Positions 1 to 10,108 of a DNA stretch of 64,000 bases are shown piece after piece. The notes under the pieces were generated by a model. The model saw nothing but the letters and a program-made list of their open reading frames with translations, ran no database searches and was not told the origin of the DNA. Position numbers and translations under genes: made by a program. Numbering within the stretch: the first letter of the stretch is position 1; the number at the start of each line of letters is the position of its first letter. Location of the stretch: IMG/VR virus record IMGVR_UViG_3300044974_000806; one strand, given 5' to 3'. This DNA is from a virus.

Positions 1-99
1 GTTGCGTTTGTATCCATATCCCACGTAACAAGTTGGTATGGACTATCAAACCCGTTTAGTTGGGCGATATATCTGTCGGTAGGTATTGAGATTGCTGCG

Positions 100-684
100 T
101 TGTCAGCTCTTGCTGCCATATCTGCACAGATGGGAAAGAAAGTTTATTTCCCTTTTGGTATTGTAACATTAATTCAATTTATTGGTAACATATTCTTTGC
201 TTATCAGTATATTGACGTTGCATCCCAGTCATTCAAAGATTGGGTAGACCTTGTTGACCCTATTGTAAGTTATTTAGGTGTTGAATCAGGTGACCCAGTT
301 GGACATAAAAGATTCTTGGCATTATTTGCTGGTGGAATGTTACCTATAATCTCTCTTTCATTCTTACACATGTTAGTTAAGTTTGAAGAAGAGGAAAAGA
401 AAAAAATAATTGACACTCCTAAAAACTTGGACATTGACGAGTTAAGTATCCAAGCGGGTAAACTTGAAGCTGAGATTGAAAAAGAAAAATATACACCAAC
501 AAGTGAAGAGTTATCTAAACTTGAGGAAGAATTAAGAAAACTAAACGAACAAAAATTTGGTACTTTAGAAGGTCCAACAGAAGAAGTTGGTCCTGATGAT
601 TCAGGGATGGTAGAGGAACAAGTAATTGAAGAATCAACTGAACCTGAAAAGAAAACGCTTAGTTACCTAAGAAGTCATGGTTAA
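100..684 (+). CDS. Hypothetical membrane protein with hydrophobic helices and an acidic coiled-coil C-terminus. Possible holin-like or lysis-associated protein.
   Basis: ORF of 194 aa. At least two hydrophobic segments (VYFPFGIVTLIQFIGNIFFAYQYI and FLALFAGGMLPIISLSF) are followed by an EEEKKK-rich coiled coil. It overlaps the start of the amidase gene by 8 nt. Confidence 0.4.
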   Translation: MSALAAISAQMGKKVYFPFGIVTLIQFIGNIFFAYQYIDVASQSFKDWVDLVDPIVSYLGVESGDPVGHKRFLALFAGGMLPIISLSFLHMLVKFEEEEKKKIIDTPKNLDIDELSIQAGKLEAEIEKEKYTPTSEELSKLEEELRKLNEQKFGTLEGPTEEVGPDDSGMVEEQVIEESTEPEKKTLSYLRSHG

Positions 685-1282
685 TATTGAGAAATACGGA
701 AACTTCAAACCTATCGGAAAACAAAAACGAAAGAAACAAATAATTCTATGTCATACTTCAAGGGAGGTTGGGGAATACCTGGTCTCCCTTAAGTTTAGGT
801 ATAACTCCAAGTTTGATAAGATACCTAACTATATTGTGACAAGGGATGGTAATATTCTGCAATTACTTCCCGACCAAGCATACACCAATTATTTCGTAGA
901 CGAAGTAATAAATAAAAACTCAATCATCATATCATTAGAGAACCTTGGGTGGTTGGAAAAGAAACCACTATCTAACTATTATATTAACTGGAAAGGAAGT
1001 ATTTATAATCAACAGGTATACGAAAAAAAATGGAGAGATTTCTTCTTTTGGCAACCTTACACTCCTGAGCAAGTTAAATCAACTGCTGATTTGTGTAATC
1101 ACCTAACAGAAACTCTTCAGATTGATAAGACGTGTATAGGTCATAACACAAAGGTTGATGGTATGAAAAACTTCGAAGGTATATCATCCAGAAGTAATTA
1201 CGACACCTCCTTTACAGACTTAAACCCATCATTCAATTTCGACACCTTTATTAAATTTTTAGAAAATGAACAATTTGCATAA
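677..1282 (+). CDS. N-acetylmuramoyl-L-alanine amidase of the Amidase_2 / PGRP / T7-lysozyme family. Putative endolysin.
   Basis: Motifs typical of Amidase_2 are present: IILCHTS, NYIVTRDGNILQL, SIIISLENLGW, YTPEQVKSTADLCNHL and IGHNT. Confidence 0.7.
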   Translation: MVNIEKYGNFKPIGKQKRKKQIILCHTSREVGEYLVSLKFRYNSKFDKIPNYIVTRDGNILQLLPDQAYTNYFVDEVINKNSIIISLENLGWLEKKPLSNYYINWKGSIYNQQVYEKKWRDFFFWQPYTPEQVKSTADLCNHLTETLQIDKTCIGHNTKVDGMKNFEGISSRSNYDTSFTDLNPSFNFDTFIKFLENEQFA

Positions 1283-1838
1283 CGAAAGATACGACGAGAT
1301 TAAATCTCTGTTAAAGAAGTCCAGATTTTTGTTTGAACAAGAAGGACAAATAAATGTTGCCAAAGATGTTGAGAGTAGATTGAAACAAGATGTTCAATAC
1401 GACACTGCAGAAACTGAAATTGCAAATGGAGAAGAACCATCACCAAAAGATAAGACACAGAAATATAGAATTTCTGGTGGAATCATGGCTCTTCATGGTA
1501 AAGACAGAAGTGAATTAGACATCACCACTGACGAGAAGATTGCATTCCAAGAAACAATGGACGAGTTTGTTGAAGAGGTTTCAGACCTTGTTGACTTCAA
1601 CACTTTAAATGTGTATCCACAAAACGTTGAATGGTCTGGTAAACTTATTGATGAAGACCTTGAATTTATATTCACAATTGGTGAAGACAGCGGAATTTAT
1701 ATTAACGGACAGATGATTAAAGTGGACGACGAGTTCCTTGCAATGATTAATAAACTTCAACAGTATTATCAGAAGTTTAAATCTAAATGGGGTAAAGTTT
1801 TGGCAAGTAGAAAGAAAACAAAAGAATCACCAGTTTAA
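1266..1838 (+). CDS. Hypothetical protein.
   Basis: Long ORF of 190 aa with no recognised motif. It lies in the same orientation as the lysis cluster. Confidence 0.45.
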   Translation: MNNLHNERYDEIKSLLKKSRFLFEQEGQINVAKDVESRLKQDVQYDTAETEIANGEEPSPKDKTQKYRISGGIMALHGKDRSELDITTDEKIAFQETMDEFVEEVSDLVDFNTLNVYPQNVEWSGKLIDEDLEFIFTIGEDSGIYINGQMIKVDDEFLAMINKLQQYYQKFKSKWGKVLASRKKTKESPV

Positions 1839-1839
1839 T

Positions 1840-2190
1840 ATGAGAGAAACTATAAATAACAACAAACAAAACATATTACTAATCATAGTAATAGTTTTAG
1901 CCGCTTGGAATATCTTTAATACAAATGGGATTAAGACTGATGTTAAATCCTATAAAGAAAAGATTGAAAGTATTCAAGTACAAGTTGATTCTGCACAATC
2001 AGTCAACAAAGAAATAGATGTAAAAGTTTCGAGTGTAAAAGAGAATGTAAATTCCATTACAAAAGAAATTCATCATATTGATAACAACCTAACTATAGTT
2101 AAAGAAAAAACAAATGAAAAAGTTATTAGTGTTGAGCTTATTGGTAATGTTGAGCTTGAAAGGCTTTTCGCAGAACGTTACGGAAACTAA
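1840..2190 (+). CDS. Small protein with an N-terminal transmembrane helix and a coiled-coil region. Possible holin or i-spanin-like protein.
   Basis: N-terminal TM segment ILLIIVIVLAAWNIF is followed by a heptad-like coiled coil. It sits immediately after the endolysin. Confidence 0.35.
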   Translation: MRETINNNKQNILLIIVIVLAAWNIFNTNGIKTDVKSYKEKIESIQVQVDSAQSVNKEIDVKVSSVKENVNSITKEIHHIDNNLTIVKEKTNEKVISVELIGNVELERLFAERYGN

Positions 2191-2536
2191 GACGGATACA
2201 ACAAAAGTTATTTTACCTGTAAAGGTTGCCAGATTAATATACCAAGACCTATTGAAATATGATGGCCTTAAAGAAGAAATGGGTTTATTGAAACTTAAAC
2301 TTGTAAAAGTTGAGGAGAGAGAAATTCAAAAAGATACAATCATCAATCTATTAACAAAGAAAGATGAGAACAATCAATTTATTATCGGTAAGAAAGATGA
2401 ACAGTTACAAGTATCAAAAGAACTAACCGATAAGTTACACAAAGAATTGAAAGGACAAAGAACCAAAACATTTTTATGGAAGTTGGGAACTTTTGCTGGA
2501 ATTGTAACATCAACATTTTTATTAATTGGTAAATAA
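2114..2536 (+). CDS. Signal-peptide, coiled-coil protein with a C-terminal transmembrane helix. Possible spanin-like protein.
   Basis: N-terminal MKKLLVLSLLVMLSLKGFSQ looks like a signal peptide, and the C-terminal LGTFAGIVTSTFLLIG is hydrophobic. It overlaps the previous ORF by 77 nt in another frame, as embedded spanin pairs do. There is no lipobox cysteine. Confidence 0.3.
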   Translation: MKKLLVLSLLVMLSLKGFSQNVTETKTDTTKVILPVKVARLIYQDLLKYDGLKEEMGLLKLKLVKVEEREIQKDTIINLLTKKDENNQFIIGKKDEQLQVSKELTDKLHKELKGQRTKTFLWKLGTFAGIVTSTFLLIGK

Positions 2537-2782
2537 TGGCACTTACAAGTTCAGAGGTAAAGGAGATTGAAGTTATGATTCGTAAAGAAATTAGGTCTTT
2601 TATGGACAATAACACAATTAAACAATTCGAAGACAAGTTAATGGATAAGATACAGAGAGAAATGAAAAGAGGAAAACTTGAGGGAGAAGTTAAAGATATC
2701 ACATTAAAAATGTTCCGTGAGTTCTACCAATTTATGTGGGTAAATAGAAGTTATTGGGAACCAAGATTAAAAAACGCGTAAA

Positions 2783-3790
2783 ATGAAAAGTTCTAAGGAT
2801 GTATTCAAAACTAGTTTAGACAAAGCGTTCTCAACAATATCATTAAACGCTTCAACATTGGGAGACCATATGAAATACAAACAAGGATTTACTGAACAAA
2901 GTTTAGAGGGTGGACTTGCTGATGGTTCAACATTAATGGACCTTGCACAAAAACATTCAACTTCAAAAGGTAATATACAAGACATGTATAAAACTTTGAA
3001 GTTAGAATTAGATAAAGGTGTCAAAGTTGAAATGGAACATACCAAGAGTAGAGTTAAAGCAAAAGAAATAGCTATGGACCATTTATTCGAAGACCCTGAG
3101 TATTATAACAAATTACGTAAATCCGAAACTAAAGAAGCTACGGGTTCTGGTTCGTCAGGTGCGTTTGTAGGTCCTGTATTTGGTGGTGATGATGCGTTTT
3201 GGGAAAGAAGCAGAAGTGAAAACCCTAAGTTAGAAGAACAAAGACGCAAGACAATGAAAGCCGCAAAAGAAGTTAAAAAGGCGACCAACAACGAAGGAAA
3301 TACTTTTAAAGTTGGAGATAAAGCTAAAACTTACGATAGAAAAGAAGACATTAAAATTAAGGCTTTATGGGAAAAAAATGGTAGAGTTAAGGCATTTTAT
3401 ATGATAGGAAACAGCGGGCACGAAATTGATATCGACGGACTTGACCCAATTAAAGAACAAGTTGAAAAGGTTGAAACAAAAGAAGCAACAGGTTCAGGTT
3501 CTGTAGGTGGATATGAAACACCTGCAATGTGGGCTAAATCAACTAAAAAGAAAGATTGGGGACCTAGCAGAAAAACTCAAATACCTGGTGGAGGATTCGT
3601 AAAAATTAAAAAGAAATGTACTAAATTTCCTTACTGTAACCAAGGAGACATTAATAATGTAAAAATCAGTAAAAACGAATCGGTTAAAGAGGCTATTAAA
3701 ACAGTTGCTAAAAAACTAAATATAGGTGAGAACGTAATCATAACTATTTTAGAACATGAATACGAAAAGAGGAGTAAAAGAAATAAATAA
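2783..3790 (+). CDS. Hypothetical protein with an internal duplicated ETKEATGSGS motif.
   Basis: ORF of 335 aa. The motif ETKEATGSGS occurs twice, near codons 110 and 232. Lys/Glu-rich. Confidence 0.5.
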   Translation: MKSSKDVFKTSLDKAFSTISLNASTLGDHMKYKQGFTEQSLEGGLADGSTLMDLAQKHSTSKGNIQDMYKTLKLELDKGVKVEMEHTKSRVKAKEIAMDHLFEDPEYYNKLRKSETKEATGSGSSGAFVGPVFGGDDAFWERSRSENPKLEEQRRKTMKAAKEVKKATNNEGNTFKVGDKAKTYDRKEDIKIKALWEKNGRVKAFYMIGNSGHEIDIDGLDPIKEQVEKVETKEATGSGSVGGYETPAMWAKSTKKKDWGPSRKTQIPGGGFVKIKKKCTKFPYCNQGDINNVKISKNESVKEAIKTVAKKLNIGENVIITILEHEYEKRSKRNK

Positions 3791-3817
3791 AGATATTTAT
3801 TATAAAAATAATCGACA

Positions 3818-5557
3818 ATGAGTAATTTTAAAAACAATATTGATAAACTAGTTTCCAGAATTTTGAATGAGGAAATTGAAAATAAAGTTAAACAACTTTC
3901 AGAAGGTATGCACGAAGGAGAGTGGACTGAGATTGAGGTTGACGAAGAATTGCACGGTAAACAGAAAAAAATTGATGTTGCTGAGCCAAAAGGTAAAATA
4001 ACTGCCGACGACTTCAAAAAGTTAAGACAAGCTAAAGCTCACAAAGAAGAAGTTGAGGAATGGTTTTTCTTTGACGACGAGGAAGATAAATCAGTTCCTG
4101 GTGACTACGAAGGTGACGAAGAAGAAGAGGAAGAAGCCGAAGAATTATCTGCTCAAGAACCAACTTATGTTGGTAGAGGATTAGGTGACAACCAATGGGA
4201 TGTTAGTCGTAGACCAAGAATGATGGCATCATTTGATGATGAGCATGGATGGTACGATGATATTGATAGACCATATAGAGGTAAATTTGATTTTGATTAT
4301 GATGAAGAAGAATTCGAAGACTTTCCATCATTGATGGATAAGTACGGTGACAAACAATCTTGGTTTGACCCAAAACACGGAGAAAAGTTCTTCAACAGAT
4401 ATAAAGAAATGTATGGAGGAAAACCATTCAGAATAAGAGTTCCTAAAGGATTAGAGGAAGAGGCAGAAACAGAAGAAGGAAATGCATTTACAGGTGCTTT
4501 AGCTGACGCTAAAAAAAGTGGAAAAGATTCTTTTGAAGTTGACGGTAAAAAATTCAACGTAAAAGAAGCTGAAGAAAAGTGGATTCAAAAAACAAAGATG
4601 AATAAGGGAGCTCTTCACAAGAAATTGGGAGTACCTGAAGGAGATAAAATTCCTCAAGCTAAATTAAAGTCTTTGAAGAAAGAATTAATGAAAAAGGGAG
4701 AAGGTGATAAAAAATTATCTGCGGCAGATTCTAAATTATTAAAACAAGTCAATTTGGCGTTAACACTTAAAAGTGTTAAGGAGAGTGTAAGTTCTTTAAG
4801 ATTGACTGAAGATGAATTAATCGATATGATTGAAAATATAGTAATTGAACAAAAGGTTAAGGACAATGCTGAGAAAGAAAATATTAGTAAAAAATCACCT
4901 GAAGGTCTTAAAAAGACTATGAAAGCGTTAGATGGTTCTAAAAAAGAGAATGACGATTACGCTAAAGATGTTGTTAAGAAAATGAAGGATTATATGAAAG
5001 ATATGTTCTCAGGTGGTAATGGGTATGAAGAAAACCCTGACGATTTCCCTCAAAGTAATTATGATATGGAGAAAGAACACAATGAAATGAAATATCACCC
5101 ATCAGATGCTGTTGAAGAATATATTGAGGCATTTGCATACCCTGGTATGACAAATCTTGTTTATGATGAAATCAAACCAGACGATGAGATGATTGAAAAA
5201 CAAATGAAAGGTGATTCTAAAAATGGTAATGCTGTTACAGGTAAAGACGGTAAGGCTTTAGGTAACGTATCTAAGAGAAGTGAAAAAGTTGGAGAAAGAT
5301 TCAAAAAGAACTTTGACGAAAACTTATATGGTGCTGAACAAATGAACGTATCATACAAAAGACAACCTCAACCTGTTGATGTTGGTGGAAGTAAAACACA
5401 GGCGGGGTCATTAAAAAGTATCAGAAAAGGGTCAACTAACAAAGCACAAAAAATCATGAACCAACTTGAGTCAACTGAAGATAAAAAATCTAAAGTTATT
5501 GCTGAAGAAATGGAGAAAATGAAAAATCTTATCGGATACAATAGAAAGACACAGTAA
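3818..5557 (+). CDS. Large acidic hypothetical protein. Possible virion or internal protein.
   Basis: ORF of 579 aa that is very Asp/Glu/Lys-rich. It is followed by a perfect rho-independent terminator. Confidence 0.5.
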   Translation: MSNFKNNIDKLVSRILNEEIENKVKQLSEGMHEGEWTEIEVDEELHGKQKKIDVAEPKGKITADDFKKLRQAKAHKEEVEEWFFFDDEEDKSVPGDYEGDEEEEEEAEELSAQEPTYVGRGLGDNQWDVSRRPRMMASFDDEHGWYDDIDRPYRGKFDFDYDEEEFEDFPSLMDKYGDKQSWFDPKHGEKFFNRYKEMYGGKPFRIRVPKGLEEEAETEEGNAFTGALADAKKSGKDSFEVDGKKFNVKEAEEKWIQKTKMNKGALHKKLGVPEGDKIPQAKLKSLKKELMKKGEGDKKLSAADSKLLKQVNLALTLKSVKESVSSLRLTEDELIDMIENIVIEQKVKDNAEKENISKKSPEGLKKTMKALDGSKKENDDYAKDVVKKMKDYMKDMFSGGNGYEENPDDFPQSNYDMEKEHNEMKYHPSDAVEEYIEAFAYPGMTNLVYDEIKPDDEMIEKQMKGDSKNGNAVTGKDGKALGNVSKRSEKVGERFKKNFDENLYGAEQMNVSYKRQPQPVDVGGSKTQAGSLKSIRKGSTNKAQKIMNQLESTEDKKSKVIAEEMEKMKNLIGYNRKTQ

Positions 5558-5585
5558 AAATTCACATTTAAAGATTTTATATTAT

Positions 5586-5621
5586 ATTCTCCATAGATGG
5601 CCTCTATGGAGAATTTTTTTA
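5586..5621 (+). terminator. Rho-independent terminator.
   Basis: Perfect 11 bp stem ATTCTCCATAG / CTATGGAGAAT with an ATGGCCT loop, followed by TTTTTTT. Confidence 0.6.
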
Positions 5622-6073
5622 ATTGGATGTCTAAACCAATTCCAACAGACGAAGTAGTAATATGGTTTAATGTTCATAACATGATTTATGAACGAATAGA
5701 ACTATATGGTGATATATTCAAAACATTGAATCATATCATCGTAGACACGTATATGGGTGAACCAATAGGTAGTTCATCCGAGACCAAAATATCTTTAACC
5801 CCAGAAGATAAGAACCTTCACTTTGAATGGTGTTGGAATAAAACAGTTGAAAATTTCAAAAAAGAAAATATTAATATTAATTCAACTGGTGACCACAAAG
5901 ATTATTTCAAATCTTTTTATATGGATACCTTTTACAATCAACTTGAAAGAAGTGTTAAAGAATCCATTCCTGTTTTTTTAGATGAAATATTTGATGTGTT
6001 TAAACCTTTTAGTAAATCTGACTTAGATATGATTACAGAGATGTATAAGTTGATGGAAAAAAATGTAGAATAG
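5597..6073 (+). CDS. Hypothetical protein. The true start is probably the downstream ATG near 5627.
   Basis: The first ATG of the tracked ORF lies inside the loop of the upstream terminator hairpin. MSKPIPT at about 5627 is the more plausible start. Confidence 0.45.
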   Translation: MASMENFFNWMSKPIPTDEVVIWFNVHNMIYERIELYGDIFKTLNHIIVDTYMGEPIGSSSETKISLTPEDKNLHFEWCWNKTVENFKKENININSTGDHKDYFKSFYMDTFYNQLERSVKESIPVFLDEIFDVFKPFSKSDLDMITEMYKLMEKNVE

Positions 6074-6154
6074 AAAAAAACCTTTATTCTATTTACACCA
6101 GAGTAAAAAAAGTTAATATTTGAGAATAAACAATAAACGTAAATTATATTACAA

Positions 6155-6337
6155 ATGGAAACATTAGAAAAAATTAAAGAACTAACTGAATTGTTATCAG
6201 TTGACGCAGCTAAATTTTACAAAGGTAATAAAAGTGCTGGTACAAGAGCAAGAAAATCTGCACAAGAATTAAAAGCATTACTTCAAAAATTTAGAGCAGA
6301 AGTTCTTGAACACAACAAGACAGAAAAAGATGCATAA
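6155..6337 (+). CDS. Bacteroidetes-type histone H1-like small basic DNA-binding protein.
   Basis: 60 aa protein. FYKGNKSAGTRARKSAQELKALLQKFRAEV resembles the roughly 60 aa lysine-rich histone H1 proteins of Flavobacteria and Bacteroides. Confidence 0.5.
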   Translation: METLEKIKELTELLSVDAAKFYKGNKSAGTRARKSAQELKALLQKFRAEVLEHNKTEKDA

Positions 6338-6514
6338 TATTGACACAATATATTTTTTTATATTTGTTTTTACAATATTAGTGTCATTGAAAAATGTCAC
6401 GAAGTTTATAGGTGCCCTGTTACAAAGAGAACCAAAACCATTGGTTTATAGTAACAGGGAACTTATATTTCTAGGATTATCAATAAGTTACATAATAACA
6501 TACCTTTACACATC

Positions 6515-6988
6515 ATGAGTTTATATAAAGAATTAGCCCCTTTTGTTGAAAACATACATTCAATTAGGAAGTTGAAAAACTATCTTAGTTTTGATATGGT
6601 GTTTCCCGCAAAATGGTCCCTACCTAAAAGTATTGTTGAGGAAGGACAATTAGTTGGGTTTGAGGTAGAGAATCAAAATACAAAAGGAGTTTCATTTGTT
6701 TCGCCAATAGATGAGGCCGAGGTCTCAAAGACACTTACTAAAATTGCCAAAATAATTAAATTAAATAAAGAAAAAGAACTTAAGGAGAGATTGTTCAAAC
6801 AAACAGTTGAACAATTAAAAACTACGTTTGAAAAAACTGATTTGGATAAACTTAAGGGTCTATATTTTGACTTTGATGAAGGGGATGATACTCCTGAGTT
6901 AGATGTTAATTTAGATGATACTGAAACCGAAATGGACTATGAGCAAGAAGGACAAAGTACAGTTGGAGTTACTGAGGACTCAGAGTGA
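6515..6988 (+). CDS. Hypothetical acidic protein.
   Basis: ORF of 157 aa with no motif. Confidence 0.4.
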   Translation: MSLYKELAPFVENIHSIRKLKNYLSFDMVFPAKWSLPKSIVEEGQLVGFEVENQNTKGVSFVSPIDEAEVSKTLTKIAKIIKLNKEKELKERLFKQTVEQLKTTFEKTDLDKLKGLYFDFDEGDDTPELDVNLDDTETEMDYEQEGQSTVGVTEDSE

Positions 6989-7301
6989 GGAGCGTAAAGA
7001 CGCCAGACAAGTTGAACAGATTAAACAATCTTACATAAAAGAAATAAGTAAGTTTAAAAAGGAGGACTTGTTTCCTATACCAAAAAAACTAACACTATGG
7101 CAGAAGATAAAAGTATTGATTTTGGGGAATTAGAAAAATTGGCGTTGATTGCTGAATCTTGTCAAACAATTTTCAGTGGAAAGGCAACCATTGTTTTTGA
7201 GTTGCCAAAAGGAGAATACACCAGTGTGATTAATCACTTCAGAGAAGTGGACAGACATCACAAACAATTTTCAATAGACATATCAGGAACTGAGTTCCAT
7301 T

Positions 7302-7946
7302 TTATTTTGACTGAGGCAAAGTCGTAAATTTTCTATAGAGAATTTTTTTATCGATACCGTTGGATTCCAACAAAGAGTATAGATATTTTCTTTGAGCGGT
7401 TGAATAATCTTTAACGAACAAACAATCACCTCTTTTTATCTTAAAGAAGTGAAGAGACATACAATCAATAAATCTTGAAGATTCACTCTCAGACTTTAAA
7501 GTAAAGAGGTGAATCTTTTCGTCTTCTTGGAGTACAATCTTGTTATTCAATACGGATAACATTTTTAAACCATCTCCTTTCATGTACCTTTTTATTAAAT
7601 CAGACATTGTGATTTTTTTTCTTTCTTTAATGTCGTAAATGGTTTCTTCTTTTTTATATGGTTGAATTTTAAATAAAGTCATACCATCCTCATCCAATTT
7701 AACTTTAACGCTTCTACCAAATTCATCGGTCATATAAACTGGTACAAGTTGTTTTGAACTCATCTCAACAATACCAATTTCGTAATTACATTCTTTACCA
7801 CCTTCGACTCTTATTTCAAATAAGACCTCGTTTGATTCTTTGATTAACTTTTCGTAAAATTGTTTAGCACGGGAGAACGTTATAAACTTCTTTATAATTC
7901 GTTTCTTTTTCTTATTCTTAAATAATACTACAATGTAGTTCTCCAT
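7302..7946 (-). CDS. Hypothetical protein. The start has been trimmed to MENYIVV.
   Basis: The minus-strand ORF is divergent from dnaJ. The upstream extension of the tracked ORF overlaps the dnaJ start, so the internal Met is the more plausible start. Confidence 0.45.
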   Translation of the reverse strand: MENYIVVLFKNKKKKRIIKKFITFSRAKQFYEKLIKESNEVLFEIRVEGGKECNYEIGIVEMSSKQLVPVYMTDEFGRSVKVKLDEDGMTLFKIQPYKKEETIYDIKERKKITMSDLIKRYMKGDGLKMLSVLNNKIVLQEDEKIHLFTLKSESESSRFIDCMSLHFFKIKRGDCLFVKDYSTAQRKYLYSLLESNGIDKKILYRKFTTLPQSK

Positions 7947-7948
7947 AT

Positions 7949-8875
7949 ATGAAAGATTACTATAAAATACTAGAAGTTGAAGAGAAAGCTTCAATAGATG
8001 AAATAAAAAAATCATACCGAAAACTTGCGGCTCAATACCATCCTGACAGAAATCCTGATGGAGAGGAAAAATTTAAAGAAATTGCTGAGGCATACGAAAC
8101 TTTGGGAAACCCCGAGAAAAAAGAAAAATACGACAACAAAAGTAAAAACCCATTCCAAGGAACACCATATGAGGACATGTTCTCACAAATGTTTGGTAGT
8201 AGAAATGGGTTCCAACAACAAAGAAGAAAATCCGCACCTGATAAAGTTGTAAGAGTTCAGATTACTCCAATTGAATCTTATAAAGGTGAAGAGAAAAGTA
8301 TCCAATACATGAAAGACAATCATTGTAATGTTTGTAACGGTAGTGGAGGGGAACAACAAGTTTGCGGTACCTGTGGAGGACAAGGATTTCAAATTAAGTC
8401 ATTCGGAACTGGATTCATGATGCAACAAATCAGAACTGCATGTCCAACATGTGCTGGTCGTGGTTATACTTTGATTCATAAGTGTTACGGTTGTGATGGT
8501 AGGGGAACAAAATCCGCGGCTCACGACCTTAGAATTATCTTACCCAAAGGAATTGATAGTGGCCAATATTTAAAAATTGAAAATGCTGGCGATTTTAAAA
8601 ATGGAGAGTATGGAGATTTAGTTATACAAATTGAAGTTATGCCAAAAGACGGATTCGAAAAAATAAATAACGACTTAATATACAACTTGTTTCTAAACTT
8701 AGAACAAGTTAAAGAATCTAATTTCTTAATACCACATCCTGATGGTGAACTAAAAATGGAGTCACCAAAAATATTTGACACTTCAAGACCTCTCAGACTT
8801 AAAAATAAGGGATATAATGGCGGGGATATGTATGTAAAACTAAATGTTAAATTTAATAGAGAATCAGTTAAATAA
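7949..8875 (+). CDS. dnaJ: DnaJ-type co-chaperone with a J domain and a CxxCxGxG zinc-finger domain.
   Basis: J domain [33 protein letters not shown] with the HPD tripeptide. Four CxxCxGxG repeats follow ([32 protein letters not shown]). Confidence 0.85.
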   Translation: MKDYYKILEVEEKASIDEIKKSYRKLAAQYHPDRNPDGEEKFKEIAEAYETLGNPEKKEKYDNKSKNPFQGTPYEDMFSQMFGSRNGFQQQRRKSAPDKVVRVQITPIESYKGEEKSIQYMKDNHCNVCNGSGGEQQVCGTCGGQGFQIKSFGTGFMMQQIRTACPTCAGRGYTLIHKCYGCDGRGTKSAAHDLRIILPKGIDSGQYLKIENAGDFKNGEYGDLVIQIEVMPKDGFEKINNDLIYNLFLNLEQVKESNFLIPHPDGELKMESPKIFDTSRPLRLKNKGYNGGDMYVKLNVKFNRESVK

Positions 8876-9224
8876 ACTGATAATTAATTCAAACAATTTA
8901 ATTGTACCGTAGATAGATGAACCCAACATATACAAACCTAATGCAATAGTAGCATATTGTAATTTACTTGTTGGTTTTTGGTTGCATTTTTGACATTCAG
9001 ACATAATTATAAGTATGTTAAGTGAACAAATTCGTAGAATTCTTTATATGTACCTTGATGAGAAGGAACAACAAAAGTATAAGAAACCTCGCAAATATAG
9101 TAAATCGTATTGTACATCTACACCATGTAAAGAAATGGGGTTCACACAGAAAGCATCTTGTAGACCTTATAAAAATTGTTATAAGTAGATTTGCCTTTCT
9201 TGTTTTTTTTACTATATTTGTCCT

Positions 9225-10064
9225 ATGATAAGTTATATAGGAGGAAAATCAAAAATCGGAAAATGGATAGTACCGTACTATCTTGAAGACATGGAAACAT
9301 ATGTTGAACCTTTTTCAGGTATGTTTTGGTGTTTTTTTAACATGGATTTGGAAAGATACCCAAATCTAAAAAGAGTTGTCTACAACGACTTCAACCCACT
9401 AAACTACAATCTTTTTCAGTGTGTACAAAATCCTGCGGAATTACAACGAGCAATGGATGCGATTACTGTACAACAAGTTGGAGTTGATAATACACCACCA
9501 GAGTTTAGGGAAAAATTTATCAGCTTTCAGGCTGAAATTTTTGGAGAAAACTTCAGCGTACAACCTTATGATTACGTAACGGCAGCAAAGTATGTTTACG
9601 TATTGTCACAAGTTTTTAGTGGAAGTAAACCTGAAACATCTAATTTTATAGACCTGAAGGGTAAGTACCGTTCAAAGTATCTTGCCTTCAGAGACAAGTT
9701 GAGCAAACCAGCATGGGTTGAACATTTTACAAAAATAACGCACGTTGAAAACTTAGATTTTCAAGAGGTTATTGAAAAATATGATTCACCATCAACTTAT
9801 ATCTATTTGGACCCACCTTATTGGAAGACCGAGAACTATTATAGTAATCATGATTTTGACAGAGCGGACCATGAAAGATTGGCAAATGTACTAAATAATG
9901 TACAAGGTAAATTTAGTTTATCTTATTACGATTTTGATTTATTACATCAATGGTTCCCTGAAGATAGGTTTAGATGGGAGAAAAAAGAGTTTGCAAAAGC
10001 TGCTGCGGCAAAAAAAGGTGTAAAACAAAATATGGCTCAAGAACTTCTTATATTGAATTATTAG
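9225..10064 (+). CDS. dam: DNA adenine methyltransferase, D12 class (Dam-like).
   Basis: N-terminal YIGGKSK motif and catalytic IYLDPPYW (DPPY) motif in a protein of about 280 aa. Confidence 0.8.
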   Translation: MISYIGGKSKIGKWIVPYYLEDMETYVEPFSGMFWCFFNMDLERYPNLKRVVYNDFNPLNYNLFQCVQNPAELQRAMDAITVQQVGVDNTPPEFREKFISFQAEIFGENFSVQPYDYVTAAKYVYVLSQVFSGSKPETSNFIDLKGKYRSKYLAFRDKLSKPAWVEHFTKITHVENLDFQEVIEKYDSPSTYIYLDPPYWKTENYYSNHDFDRADHERLANVLNNVQGKFSLSYYDFDLLHQWFPEDRFRWEKKEFAKAAAAKKGVKQNMAQELLILNY

Positions 10065-10108
10065 TTATTTTTGCTCTGGCAATATATTTATTATTAAATT
10101 AAGAATAG

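Noticed and set aside
1493-1675. Antisense ORF inside gene 1266..1838, and similar short antisense ORFs (2382..2702-, 3631..4017-, 4297..4557-, 5161..5565-, 12908..13144-, 26190..26549-, 34402..34653-, 43656..43868-).
   Set aside because: They are fully embedded in longer, better-supported sense ORFs. Ser/Leu-rich antisense composition is typical of AT-rich genomes.
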